Source of the DNA: an uncultured Armatimonadetes bacterium | GTDB taxonomy: Bacteria; Armatimonadota; Hebobacteria; Hebobacterales; Hebobacteraceae | Length of the DNA stretch: 64,000 nt | Direction of reading: 5' to 3' | NCBI GenBank assembly: GCA_963716175.1 | Contig: OY970296.1 | Coordinates: 928,001-992,000 of the forward strand | Part shown: positions 36,563-45,814 of the stretch, in pieces | Numbering within the stretch: the stretch's first letter is position 1 | Layout of the letters: the number at the start of each line of letters is the position of its first letter | Position numbers and translations under genes: made by a program | The notes under the pieces: model-generated | Database searches by the model: none | What the model was told of the DNA's origin: nothing | The model's input: only the letters and a program-made list of their open reading frames with translations

Positions 36563-38775
36563 TGGCGATCGAACCGCGCATGTGGCGAGAGCTGGGCCTG
36601 AGCGATCAGGAGTTCGAGCGCATCGTCGCCACCATCGGGCGAGATCCCACACCGACCGAGCTGGCGATGTTCTCGGTGGAATGGTCCGAGCACTGCGGCT
36701 ACCCGCGCAGCCGGCCGCTGCTGGGCCTGCTTCCCAAGGAGGGCAAGTACGCCAGCCGCGCGCTGGGCGAGGACGCGGGCGGCATCGAGGTGGCCCCGAA
36801 CCTGACCGTGCTGTTCAAGATGGAAAGCCACAACCACCCCAGCCAGGTGGAGCCATTCCAGGGCGCGGCCACCGGAGTCGGCGGCATCATCCGCGATATC
36901 TTCACCATGGGTGCGCGGCCCATCGCGGTGCTCGATCCCTTGCGCTTCGGCGAGCTGGACGAGCCCCGCGCGCGCTACCTGCTCCGGGGAGTGGTGAGCG
37001 GCATCGCCTTCTACGGCAACTGCCTGGGCGTGCCCACCATCGGCGGAGAGCTGAGATTCGAGGAGCCCTACCGCGGCAACTGCCTCGTGAATGTGATGGC
37101 GGTAGGCGTGGTGGAGACCGACAAGATTGCCACCAGCCGGGCCACTGGAGTGGGCAACCCGGTGATCGTCGTCGGGAACTCCACCGGCCGGGACGGCATC
37201 GGTGGCGCCAGCATCCTCGCCAGCCACGAGTTCGGCGAAGGAGAAGAGAAGCGCCCCACGGTGCAGATCGGCGATCCCTTCACGGAGAAGTGCCTGATCG
37301 AGGCCTGCCTGGAGGCATTGCAGGGCGGCGCCATCGTGGGGATCAAGGACATGGGCGCCGCGGGCATCACCTGCACCACCTGCGAGATGTCGGCCGCCGG
37401 CGGCTACGGCATGGAGGTGGAGCTGCAGAAGGTGCCGCGCCGCGAGCCCGGCATGGAGCCCTGGGAGCTGATGATGTCCGAGTCCCAGGAGCGGATGCTG
37501 ATAGTGGCCCAGAAGGGGCGAGAGCAGGAGGTCATCCGCATCTTCGACAAGTGGGGCCTGAACGCGGTGATCGTCGGGCAAGTCACCGAGGACGGCGTCC
37601 TGCGCATCCGTGACAACGGCGAAGTCGTTGCGGAGCTCGACGCGAAGACTCTGGCCAGCCCGCCGGTGTACCACCTGCCATATGAGGAGCCGGCGTACTA
37701 TCGAGCAGTCCAGTCGGCCGACCTGTCGCGGCTGCCGCTGCCGGGAGACATGAGCGGGGTGCTGCGCGACCTGCTCGCCAGCCCCAATATCGCCAGCGCA
37801 GAATGGGTATATCAACAGTACGACCACATGGTGCAGACCAACACCGTCGTTGCCCCGGGAGCGGACGCGGCGGTGCTTCAGTTGAAGGGGTACCGGCAGG
37901 GCATTGCCATCACCACTGATGGCAATGGTCGTTACTGCTACCTGGACCCCTACCTGGGGGCGCAGCTGGTGGTGGCGGAGGCGGCCCGGAACCTGGTGTG
38001 TGTCGGCGCCGAACCCGCGGGCGTCACGGACTGCCTCAATTTCGGAAACCCGGAGAAGCCGGACCGCTTCTGGCAGTTCCGCCGCTGCGTCGAGGGGCTC
38101 GCAGATGCTTGCAGGGCCTTCGGGCTGCCCGTGGTGAGCGGCAACGTCAGCTTCTACAATGAGACCCCGGAGACCGCGGTCTATCCCACCCCCGTGCTGG
38201 GCATGGTGGGCGTGCTCGACGATGTGCGCAAGCACTGCACCATCGGTTTCAAGCGCCCGGGAGACGTGATTCTCCTGCTGGGCGAGACGCGGGAGGACCT
38301 GGGCGGCAGCGAGTACCTGAAGCGCTTCCACCATCAGGTGACAGGCCGGCCGCCGGCCCTGAACCTGGAGCTGGAGAAGCGAGTGCAGACCGTCTGCCTG
38401 GAGGCGATTCGCGCGGGTTTGGCGAGTTCAGCGCATGATTGCTCTGACGGCGGGCTGGCGGTGGCGCTGGCGGAGTGCTGCATCTGGGGAGGGCTCGGAG
38501 CCAAGGTCAGACTTCCCGAGAGCGACGTCCGGCTGGACGCGCAGCTTTTCGGCGAATCGCCCTCCCGCATCTTGGTCTCGGCCCGACCCGCCAAGGCCAG
38601 GCGGATCAAGACCGCGGCTGAAGCACAAGACGTGGCGGTCTGGGAGCTGGGACGGGTGGAGGGAGACCAGATGGTGATCGCGGAGAAGCGCAAGCGGAAC
38701 CCGCTGCTCGCGCTCGGAGTGGCCGAGATGGAGCGGATCTGGCGCTCTGCCATCAGGTCATTGGTGGAGCAGTGA
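36562..38775 (+). CDS. purL: FGAM synthase subunit PurL
   Basis: WSEHC, ESHNHPS, DMGAAG, SESQERM and HDCSDGG motifs. Confidence 0.98.
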   Translation: MAIEPRMWRELGLSDQEFERIVATIGRDPTPTELAMFSVEWSEHCGYPRSRPLLGLLPKEGKYASRALGEDAGGIEVAPNLTVLFKMESHNHPSQVEPFQGAATGVGGIIRDIFTMGARPIAVLDPLRFGELDEPRARYLLRGVVSGIAFYGNCLGVPTIGGELRFEEPYRGNCLVNVMAVGVVETDKIATSRATGVGNPVIVVGNSTGRDGIGGASILASHEFGEGEEKRPTVQIGDPFTEKCLIEACLEALQGGAIVGIKDMGAAGITCTTCEMSAAGGYGMEVELQKVPRREPGMEPWELMMSESQERMLIVAQKGREQEVIRIFDKWGLNAVIVGQVTEDGVLRIRDNGEVVAELDAKTLASPPVYHLPYEEPAYYRAVQSADLSRLPLPGDMSGVLRDLLASPNIASAEWVYQQYDHMVQTNTVVAPGADAAVLQLKGYRQGIAITTDGNGRYCYLDPYLGAQLVVAEAARNLVCVGAEPAGVTDCLNFGNPEKPDRFWQFRRCVEGLADACRAFGLPVVSGNVSFYNETPETAVYPTPVLGMVGVLDDVRKHCTIGFKRPGDVILLLGETREDLGGSEYLKRFHHQVTGRPPALNLELEKRVQTVCLEAIRAGLASSAHDCSDGGLAVALAECCIWGGLGAKVRLPESDVRLDAQLFGESPSRILVSARPAKARRIKTAAEAQDVAVWELGRVEGDQMVIAEKRKRNPLLALGVAEMERIWRSAIRSLVEQ

Positions 38776-38922
38776 CCGGATCGCTTTTCCGACAAGGGTT
38801 CATCTGGGAGTGAGCGAAGCAGGAGCGCGACCCGTGTTTGTGGTAGGCCTAGTGTGGTCCAGTAGGAGTTGAACCTAGGCGGCAACGGGGAGAGAGTTAC
38901 TCGCCTCTGGCGAGGAGACCTA

Positions 38923-40431
38923 ATGGTAGGGCATGAACCGCTCCTCGCGCGCCCCGAGGCGCGTGAGGCGTGTGGTGTTTTCGGCATCTATGCGCCCGGC
39001 GAAGACGTGTCCCGGCTCACCTTCTTCGGGCTATTTGCGCTCCAGCACCGAGGCCAGGAGAGCGCGGGGATCGCAGTATCCGACGGGCACCGCATCACCG
39101 CTTACCGGGAGATGGGCCTGGTCTCCCAGGTATTCGACGAGGACACCCTGGGGCGACTCCGCGGCGACTTGGCGATCGGGCATACTCGCTACTCTACCAC
39201 CGGATCCAGCACTCTCGCCAACGCACAACCCATGGTCGCCGAGTGGAGCGGAGGGAAAGTCGCGCTCGCCCACAACGGAAACCTGGTCAATGCCGTGGCC
39301 CTGCGTGCGGAGCTGGAGGCGGAAGGCGAGACCTTCGATGCCAGCAGCGACAGCGAGATCATGCTCAAGATGGTGGTGCGCGCGGCTGGCAGGCACGGCA
39401 GCGTCGAGCGGGCCGTGGTCGAGTGTATGCCCAAGTGGGAAGGCGCATACTCGCTGACCATCCTGACCGAGCAGGCCGTGATGGCGGTGCGCGACCCGTA
39501 CGGGGTGCGCCCGCTCTGCATCGGGAGGCTGAACGGCGAGGCCACCGTCTTCGCGTCAGAGAGCTGCGCTCTCAGCGTGATCGGCGCCAGATTGGTGCGC
39601 GAGGTCGAGCCCGGCGAGATCGTGGTGGTGGACAAGAACGGGATGCGTGCCTACCAGGCGGCGCCGAGCACCAGGGCCGCGCTCTGCGTCTTCGAGTACA
39701 TCTACATGGCGCGCCCGGACAGCGAGATCGGGGAGCACTTGGTGCACGAGGTGAGGAGACGGCTGGGGATGCAGCTCGCGGAGGACAGCCCCGTGGAGGC
39801 GGACGTTGTAATACCAGTGCCTGACACGGGGTGGCCGGCAGCGATCGGGTATGCGGAGCGCTCGGGCATACCGTTTGGCGAGGGCCTGATCAGGAACCGC
39901 TACATCCCTCGCACTTTCATCCAGCCGGACCAGCGTCTACGGGAGCTGGGAGTGAAGATCAAGCTGAACCCATTGCGCGTTGCCCGATATGGGCCGGCGG
40001 GCCCACTGGCAGGCAAGCGGGTGGCGGTGGTGGACGATTCTATCGTCCGGGGAACGACTAAGCGCCAGATTATCGGCATCCTCCGGGATGCGGGCGCGAA
40101 GGAAGTGCACGTGCGGATCAGCGCCCCACCATACAAGTGGCCGTGCTACTACGGAGTTGACACCAGCAACCGCTCCGAGCTGATCGCAGCTCGCGCCAGC
40201 ACCATAGAGGAGATTCGTGATGCTATCGGCGCAGACAGCCTGGGCTATCAATCCGTAGAGGGGCTGCTGAAGGGCTTGGGCATCTCTCGGCGGGAGCTCT
40301 GCCTGGCCTGCTTCACCGGCGACTATCCCATTCCCATACCGAAGGATGTGAAGCTGAGCAAACTCGACCTGGAGGAGCGGGCGTGGCGAGGCCGCGCGGA
40401 CGCGCCGCAAACAAGAGCAGCAGACCACTGA
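38923..40431 (+). CDS. purF: amidophosphoribosyltransferase
   Basis: Propeptide then CGVFG; LQHRGQESAG, HTRYST and VDDSIVRG motifs. Confidence 0.98.
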   Translation: MVGHEPLLARPEAREACGVFGIYAPGEDVSRLTFFGLFALQHRGQESAGIAVSDGHRITAYREMGLVSQVFDEDTLGRLRGDLAIGHTRYSTTGSSTLANAQPMVAEWSGGKVALAHNGNLVNAVALRAELEAEGETFDASSDSEIMLKMVVRAAGRHGSVERAVVECMPKWEGAYSLTILTEQAVMAVRDPYGVRPLCIGRLNGEATVFASESCALSVIGARLVREVEPGEIVVVDKNGMRAYQAAPSTRAALCVFEYIYMARPDSEIGEHLVHEVRRRLGMQLAEDSPVEADVVIPVPDTGWPAAIGYAERSGIPFGEGLIRNRYIPRTFIQPDQRLRELGVKIKLNPLRVARYGPAGPLAGKRVAVVDDSIVRGTTKRQIIGILRDAGAKEVHVRISAPPYKWPCYYGVDTSNRSELIAARASTIEEIRDAIGADSLGYQSVEGLLKGLGISRRELCLACFTGDYPIPIPKDVKLSKLDLEERAWRGRADAPQTRAADH

Positions 40432-41449
40432 CCTACCGCGACGCCGGGGTGGATATCGCCCTCAAGTACGCAGCCGTGGAGGAGGCAAAGCCGGCGATCC
40501 GCGCTACCTTCACGCCCCAGGTGGCCAGCGATGTGGGTGCCTTCGGGGCCATGTTCTCACTCGCGGGATTGGCCAGCAGGGACAGCCTCTTGGTCGCCAG
40601 CGTTGACAGTGTGGGCACCAAGCTGATGGTAGCCAGCATGGTCGGCCGCCACCACACGGTGGGGCAAGACATTGTGGCTCACTGTGTCAACGACATCCTG
40701 GTGCAGGGAGCGCGGCCGCTGTTCTTCATGGATTACATCGCGGCCGGCAAGCTCACCCGAGAGCTGATCGTCGAGGTGCTGGAGGGCCTGGCCGCAGGCT
40801 GCCGAGAGGCAGGATGCGCGCTGATAGGCGGCGAGGTGGCCGAATTGCCGGGGGTCTACCGGGACGGGGAATACGATCTCGCCGGCTTCATCGTCGGAAC
40901 GGTGGAGCGGGAGAAGGCCATCCGCGGGGATCGCGTGGCGCCGGGCGATGTCCTCATCGGCCTCGCCTCCAATGGCATGCACACCAACGGTTACTCCCTC
41001 GCCCGTAAGCTCTTCTTCGAGATCGCCGGCCTGCCCGTGGACCAGTACCTGCCAGCCCTGGACCGCACCATCGGCGAGGAGCTGATGCGGGTGCACCGCT
41101 GCTATGCCCCCGCGGTGCTGCCCCTGCTTGACGAGCTGGAGGTGAAGGGCATGGCCCACATCACCGGCGGGGGCCTGCCGGACAATCTGGTGCGCTGCCT
41201 GCCCGAGGGCTGCCAGGCCGTGGTCCAGCGCAAGAGCTGGCACGTGCCGGCCATCTTCGAGCTGATCGGGGATCTGGGGCGGGTGACGGAGCAGGAAATG
41301 TACCACACCTTCAACATGGGCGTGGGCCTGGTGTTGATTGTGGCCGAGGAGTTGGCGGAGGCGGCCGCCTCCAGTCTCTCCGCCCACGGAGAGACCGCCT
41401 ATCGCATCGGCCGGGTGGAGGCGGAGAGCGCGGCGTTGTGATCGTGTGA
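40383..41449 (+). CDS. purM: AIR synthetase (annotated ORF ends at 41441; one extra G near 41424 gives the usual GERGVVIV* end)
   Basis: YRDAGVD, VGTK, GLASNG.HTNGYSL, HITGGG and TFNMG motifs. Confidence 0.97.
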
Positions 41450-41528
41450 GTCGCAGGAGAGGCAGGCGGGATGGCGAAGCTGAGAGCGGCACAATCCTCA
41501 CAGGGGGTACACGAACATTAACCGCACC

Positions 41529-41831
41529 GTGATCCGCTGTGGCTGCGGCCATCGCGTAGTTCGCCGGGATGTGCTGCAGACCGGGCTTTACCTCAGCGTG
41601 CTAGGGCCCAACTACGTCTACGTGCGTTTCCGCTGCGGCCGCTGCAAGCGTATCGGCGAGCAACTGGTGCAGGAGCGCGATTGGGATCCGTCGGTGCTAC
41701 GTGAGTCTGGGATCCAACCCGCTCCGCCCGACCTGCAGCGCTTCGACCAGCTCGGTGAGATCACCCCGGAGGAAGTGATCGCATTCCACTACGCGCTGGA
41801 GCATCTCGGCGCCGAGCCGGAGGAAGCGTAG
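41529..41831 (+). CDS. small zinc-ribbon-like hypothetical protein
   Basis: CxCG and CxxC pairs; coding-like codon bias. Confidence 0.7.
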   Translation: MIRCGCGHRVVRRDVLQTGLYLSVLGPNYVYVRFRCGRCKRIGEQLVQERDWDPSVLRESGIQPAPPDLQRFDQLGEITPEEVIAFHYALEHLGAEPEEA

Positions 41832-41889
41832 GCCAGGTCCGCCTTGGCCGCCGACCGGGTGGCGGCGACCCGTCTCTTGCCACATCACT

Positions 41890-42021
41890 GTAGAGCGCAT
41901 TCCATAACCTACCTGCTGGCTGGCCGCACCACGCCCTCGCGTGAAATGCGCCGGCCACGGCCTGACGTTGTGCAGTGCTGTTTCATAACCTCCCCTGGGA
42001 AGGTTATGAAACAGCTTCTAA
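41890..42021. mobile_element. MITE-like element copy 2
   Basis: Near-identical to 1861-1992; TA at both ends. Confidence 0.85.
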
Positions 42022-42157
42022 TGATGTTCGCACAACGAAGTAATGTGCGAACATCGCCCTGTGCCCATCGGGGCCGCTTCCTGAGCTTCGCGGTGTTACT
42101 TCATCCGGCGAAGCTCTTTAGGCAGGGGCTTCCCCCTGCCCGACGAACCTGACGACC

Positions 42158-43033
42158 ATGCTCTGGCAGCGCGTGCTGACGGCGGTGGTGGGGATCCCGA
42201 TCCTGCTCGCGCTGATCTACCTGGGCGGCTGGTATCTGGGCGCGGCGATCCTGCTGCTTTCCCTACTCGGTCTTCGGGAGTTCTTCCGTCTTGCCGACGC
42301 GACGGGCTTCCGTCCGGGCCGATGGATCGGGTACGCGGCGGGGGCGCTGCTGTTCCTGGCAACGATGGGGGCGACGCGCTACGCGGACTGGTGGGGATGG
42401 GGTGTGCCGCTGGAGGCAAGGCTGGCTTCCGACCTGCTCCTGGTGCTGCTCGCGGCTGTGACCGCGCTGCTGATAGAGCAGGTGGTCCTGTTCCGGCCCG
42501 GAGCCATGGCGAACGCGGGCCTGACTCTGCTGGGGGTGATCTACCTGCCGCTGATGCTCAGCTACCTGGTGCGGCTCCGCACTTTCTGGCCGGAGCTGAT
42601 GCGGCTGGACCGCACCCATTTCCTGGTGCCGGCGGGCGCCTGCTGGCTGGTGCTGGTGGTCTTCACCTGCTGGGCCGAGGACACGGCAGCCTACGCCGTC
42701 GGGAAGACGGTAGGCCGGCACAAGCTGTGCCCGGCGATCAGCCCCGGAAAGACCATCGAGGGATCGGCCGCCGGATTCCTGGCCGCGGTGCTGGTGGCGG
42801 CCGCATTGGGGTACTGGTTCGGGCTCCCGGTCCTGCACGGCGCAGTGCTGGGCGCGCTGCTCGGGGTAGTCGCCCAGTTGGGGGATCTCTCGAAATCCGT
42901 CATGAAGCGGCAAGCCGGTGTGAAGGACTCCGGCGCCATCCTCCCGGGTCATGGGGGGGTACTCGATCGGTTCGACAGCCTGCTGTTCAGCGCGCCGGTA
43001 GCCTTCTACTACCTGTCCTGGCTCATTCGGTAG
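42158..43033 (+). CDS. cdsA: phosphatidate cytidylyltransferase
   Basis: DTAAY, ISPGKTIEG and GDL.KS..KR..GVKDSG.ILPGHGGVLDRFDS motifs. Confidence 0.96.
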   Translation: MLWQRVLTAVVGIPILLALIYLGGWYLGAAILLLSLLGLREFFRLADATGFRPGRWIGYAAGALLFLATMGATRYADWWGWGVPLEARLASDLLLVLLAAVTALLIEQVVLFRPGAMANAGLTLLGVIYLPLMLSYLVRLRTFWPELMRLDRTHFLVPAGACWLVLVVFTCWAEDTAAYAVGKTVGRHKLCPAISPGKTIEGSAAGFLAAVLVAAALGYWFGLPVLHGAVLGALLGVVAQLGDLSKSVMKRQAGVKDSGAILPGHGGVLDRFDSLLFSAPVAFYYLSWLIR

Positions 43034-43046
43034 CCCAGACGCGGCC

Positions 43047-43778
43047 TCACCGCCCCAGGGCCAGCCGATCAATCAGGTACTGCGGCAGGCCCGCCAACTG
43101 CATCCTCGCCTGCACCGATTCGATGTCGTAGTCAACGCGGTGAATCTCGATGGTTCCGGCCTCGCTGTCGTAGGTGCCAAAGCTCGCCCTCGGGTTGTTG
43201 TCACGCGGCTGCCCCACGGCCCCGGGATTCACGATGTAGCGCAGCTCGGGCTCCTGCTCGATCTCCCCGCCCGACCAGAGGGAGAACCGCTCGCAGAGGC
43301 GGCTCTCTTTCCTGCTGCGGTAGTACTCGGCGATATGGGTGTGCCCCACGAAGCAGAGCGCCCCCTTGAATTCGGCGAAAACGGCCGCCGCGTCCTCCTC
43401 CGTGGTGATGTAGTCCATTGGCTCCGGCAGCGCTCCGTGCACCAGCACTGCCCCCGCCACCTCCCGCTTCAGTTCGAGCCCGGCGAGGTAGTCTCGATTC
43501 TCGGGCGAGAGCTGCCGGCTGGTCCACTCAATCGCCTGCCGGGCGAACGGGTTGAACCAGTTGAGGTCATACTTGTCAATGGCCGCCAGGTCATGGTTCC
43601 CGGCGATACAGGTGAGGCGAGGGAGTCCCCGCAGCCGCTCGACACAGGCCCCTGGATCGGGGCCATAGCCCACGATATCCCCCAGGCAGAGATAGGCCTC
43701 CACCCCGGCCAGTTCAGCTAGGACTGCCTCCAAGGCGTCAAGGTTCGCGTGGATGTCGGAGATTACACCGTAGGTCAT
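43047..43778 (-). CDS. metallophosphoesterase (YfcE/PrpA-like)
   Basis: SDIHAN, GDIVGYG, GNHD, GHTH and NPGAVGQPRD motifs. Confidence 0.93.
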   Translation of the reverse strand: MTYGVISDIHANLDALEAVLAELAGVEAYLCLGDIVGYGPDPGACVERLRGLPRLTCIAGNHDLAAIDKYDLNWFNPFARQAIEWTSRQLSPENRDYLAGLELKREVAGAVLVHGALPEPMDYITTEEDAAAVFAEFKGALCFVGHTHIAEYYRSRKESRLCERFSLWSGGEIEQEPELRYIVNPGAVGQPRDNNPRASFGTYDSEAGTIEIHRVDYDIESVQARMQLAGLPQYLIDRLALGR

Positions 43779-43804
43779 GGCACAGGGCGGACAGCGATGC
43801 CGGT

Positions 43805-43833
43805 ATTCTAGGGAGTGCACCGGGCCTTGTCAA
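43805..43833 (-). promoter_or_regulatory. sigma70 promoter TTGACA-17-TAGAAT
   Basis: Consensus spacing, upstream of the metallophosphoesterase gene. Confidence 0.75.
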
Positions 43834-43902
43834 GCGACGGCGCGTCCTTCGCTCTCGGCGCACCTCGGCCGCCCGCTCCGCGCCACCATGGCCGGAGCGC
43901 GC

Positions 43903-45000
43903 TCAGGCCTCGCCCAATCGCGCCTTCGCCACCGCCACCAGCTCTGAGGCCGAGGTCGCGTCCTGTGGATAGGCCGCGACCGCACACTCCAGCCTGGTCG
44001 CGGAGTCGCCGTTCTGGAACCGCCGACAGACCTGTGCCGCTTCCCGGAGCGGCAAGCTGAAGATCAGGGCAAGCTCGCTCGGGCCCGCCCGGAACACGTG
44101 GTCTAACACCCGCACCAGCTGATAGATGCGCTTGGCCGCTTGCGAGAGCGCGGCCGGAGTAACCGGACCGGATTCGCCATCGGGCCGCACCACCGCCAAA
44201 CTGAGCGGCGCCCGCAGCGCCTGTGCGCGGCCAATCTCGCGGTGCAGGCTGCGCTCCAGATGCTCCGGGCCGAACAACCCGGTCTCGATATCCACCACCG
44301 AGGCCACCGCCACCCAGGGCCGCGGCCCCGCCGGCGCGATCAGCCGGTCCTCCTCCTTCTGGATGTCCACCAGCAGCGCGCGAATCCGCTCTAACGCCCG
44401 CCGCAGGATGCGAGAGATACGGCTGGTGCTACGCGCCACCACCCGCGCCACCTCCCGCTGCGTCAGGTCATCATAGAAGAAGTGCTTCACGATCTGCCGT
44501 TCCAGGGAAGGCAGACGGCTGATGAGGCTCTCTGCCACCACCCGGTCCACCACCTGAACCGTGAAGTCTTCGTCCCCATCCACCAGCGCCTCCAGCGAAT
44601 CCGGGCTGGTCAGCTCCTCCCCCTCTCGCCCGCCAGGCCCCGGCCGCCAGAGCTCGCCCTCATCTGCCCCGAGCTGCTCCCGGCGCGCCTGGCCCAACAA
44701 GCGCCTTCGTTCCCGCAGGTAGTTCTTGATCGTGCCTGAGACCACCGGATAGGCGTAGGTGGAGAACTGGACTCCGTAGTCGGGCTGAAAGCGTTCGATG
44801 GCGCGGATCAGACCCAGGCAGCCTTCCTGAATGAGATCATCGTGGAGATCGCGGGCCAGCGCCGCGTAGCGATTGGCGATGTGGTACACCAGGCCCATAT
44901 GCCTGAGCACCAGGCGGTTGCGCAGACCAACATCGCGGCTGCGGCGATACTCCCGCCACAACACCGCACTCTCTTGCTGCAGGATTGCTCCGGCTGCCAT
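43903..45000 (-). CDS. sigma-70 family (SigB/F/G-like) factor fused to a degenerate GGDEF domain
   Basis: Region 2 DLIQEG.LGLI.AIERF..YG..FSTYA; region 4 HTH LTQREVA..S.ISR; C-terminal D.ETGLF, RVLD and GPSEL. Confidence 0.85.
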   Translation of the reverse strand: MAAGAILQQESAVLWREYRRSRDVGLRNRLVLRHMGLVYHIANRYAALARDLHDDLIQEGCLGLIRAIERFQPDYGVQFSTYAYPVVSGTIKNYLRERRRLLGQARREQLGADEGELWRPGPGGREGEELTSPDSLEALVDGDEDFTVQVVDRVVAESLISRLPSLERQIVKHFFYDDLTQREVARVVARSTSRISRILRRALERIRALLVDIQKEEDRLIAPAGPRPWVAVASVVDIETGLFGPEHLERSLHREIGRAQALRAPLSLAVVRPDGESGPVTPAALSQAAKRIYQLVRVLDHVFRAGPSELALIFSLPLREAAQVCRRFQNGDSATRLECAVAAYPQDATSASELVAVAKARLGEA

Positions 45001-45187
45001 GGCCCCTGGGCCGGCGATGCGCCGCGGACCAAGCCGCAGCCGCATCGGCGCTCCCAGGGGTTATTCCATAACAGCGCCAGGGGCGGGAGCTTGTCTCGTG
45101 CCACGCTGTGCAGCGGAACCGCACCCTCCCAAAGCACGGAGGAGGGTTTCCCTCCCCCCTCAATATACCAGACCTGTCGCCATCCGC

Positions 45188-45757
45188 TTATGCGTAGCGT
45201 TCTTCTCGCCACGGGTCGGCGCTGTCGCTATACCCCCGCGCCTCCCAATACCCCACTTCCTTCTGATAGGTGAACCGTATCCACCGCACCCACTTCGCGC
45301 TCTTGTAGGCGTACTTCTGCGGCACGACCAGCCGCAGCGGGAAGCCGTGCGCTGGGGTCAACTCCTTGCCATCGAGGCCCCAGGCCAGCAGCACATCTCC
45401 CTCCAGCAGCTCTCCCAGAGACAGGCTGCTGGTATAGCCTGCCTCGCAGCCGATGGTGACGAAGTGCGCCCGTTCCGTGGGAGAGACCAGATCGCAGATT
45501 TCGGAGAAGCGCACTCCCTCCCAGGCGCAGTCGAGCCGGCTCCACCCAGTGACGCAGTGGAAATCGGAGGTGTCAATCACCGCCGGCAGCGCGCGCACCT
45601 CCTGGTAGCTGAGGCGGCGCGGCGCCCGCACCTCGCCCTCTATGCGCAGATCCCAGGTGGACGCATCAAAGCGCGGCACCGGCCCCACGTGCAGTACCGG
45701 CAAAGAGTCAACCGCATGTTGCCCCGGAGGGACTCTTGGCTTCTCTTCCCTTGTCAT
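45188..45757 (-). CDS. sulfite oxidase-like molybdopterin oxidoreductase (YuiH-like)
   Basis: PPGQ, DFHCVTGWS, HGFPLRL, YKSAKW and GYWE.RGY motifs. Confidence 0.92.
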   Translation of the reverse strand: MTREEKPRVPPGQHAVDSLPVLHVGPVPRFDASTWDLRIEGEVRAPRRLSYQEVRALPAVIDTSDFHCVTGWSRLDCAWEGVRFSEICDLVSPTERAHFVTIGCEAGYTSSLSLGELLEGDVLLAWGLDGKELTPAHGFPLRLVVPQKYAYKSAKWVRWIRFTYQKEVGYWEARGYSDSADPWREERYA

Positions 45758-45783
45758 ATCTCTCCACGCCCTCTGGCCTTCGT

Positions 45784-45813
45784 GTAGGGCGGGCATGTCT
45801 CTGCATGCCCGCC
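45784..45813 (+). repeat. REP family A
   Basis: GTAGGGCGGGCATGTCTCTGCATGCCCGCC. Confidence 0.9.
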
Positions 45814-45814
45814 G

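Noticed and set aside
38776-38922. Purine-related riboswitch before purF
   Set aside because: No recognisable consensus; only short hairpins such as CTCGCCTCTGGCGAG
45053-45075. Fourth MITE copy or shared operator upstream of the sigma gene
   Set aside because: Only a short partial match (GCTGTT..ATAACC..CCTGGG); could be chance
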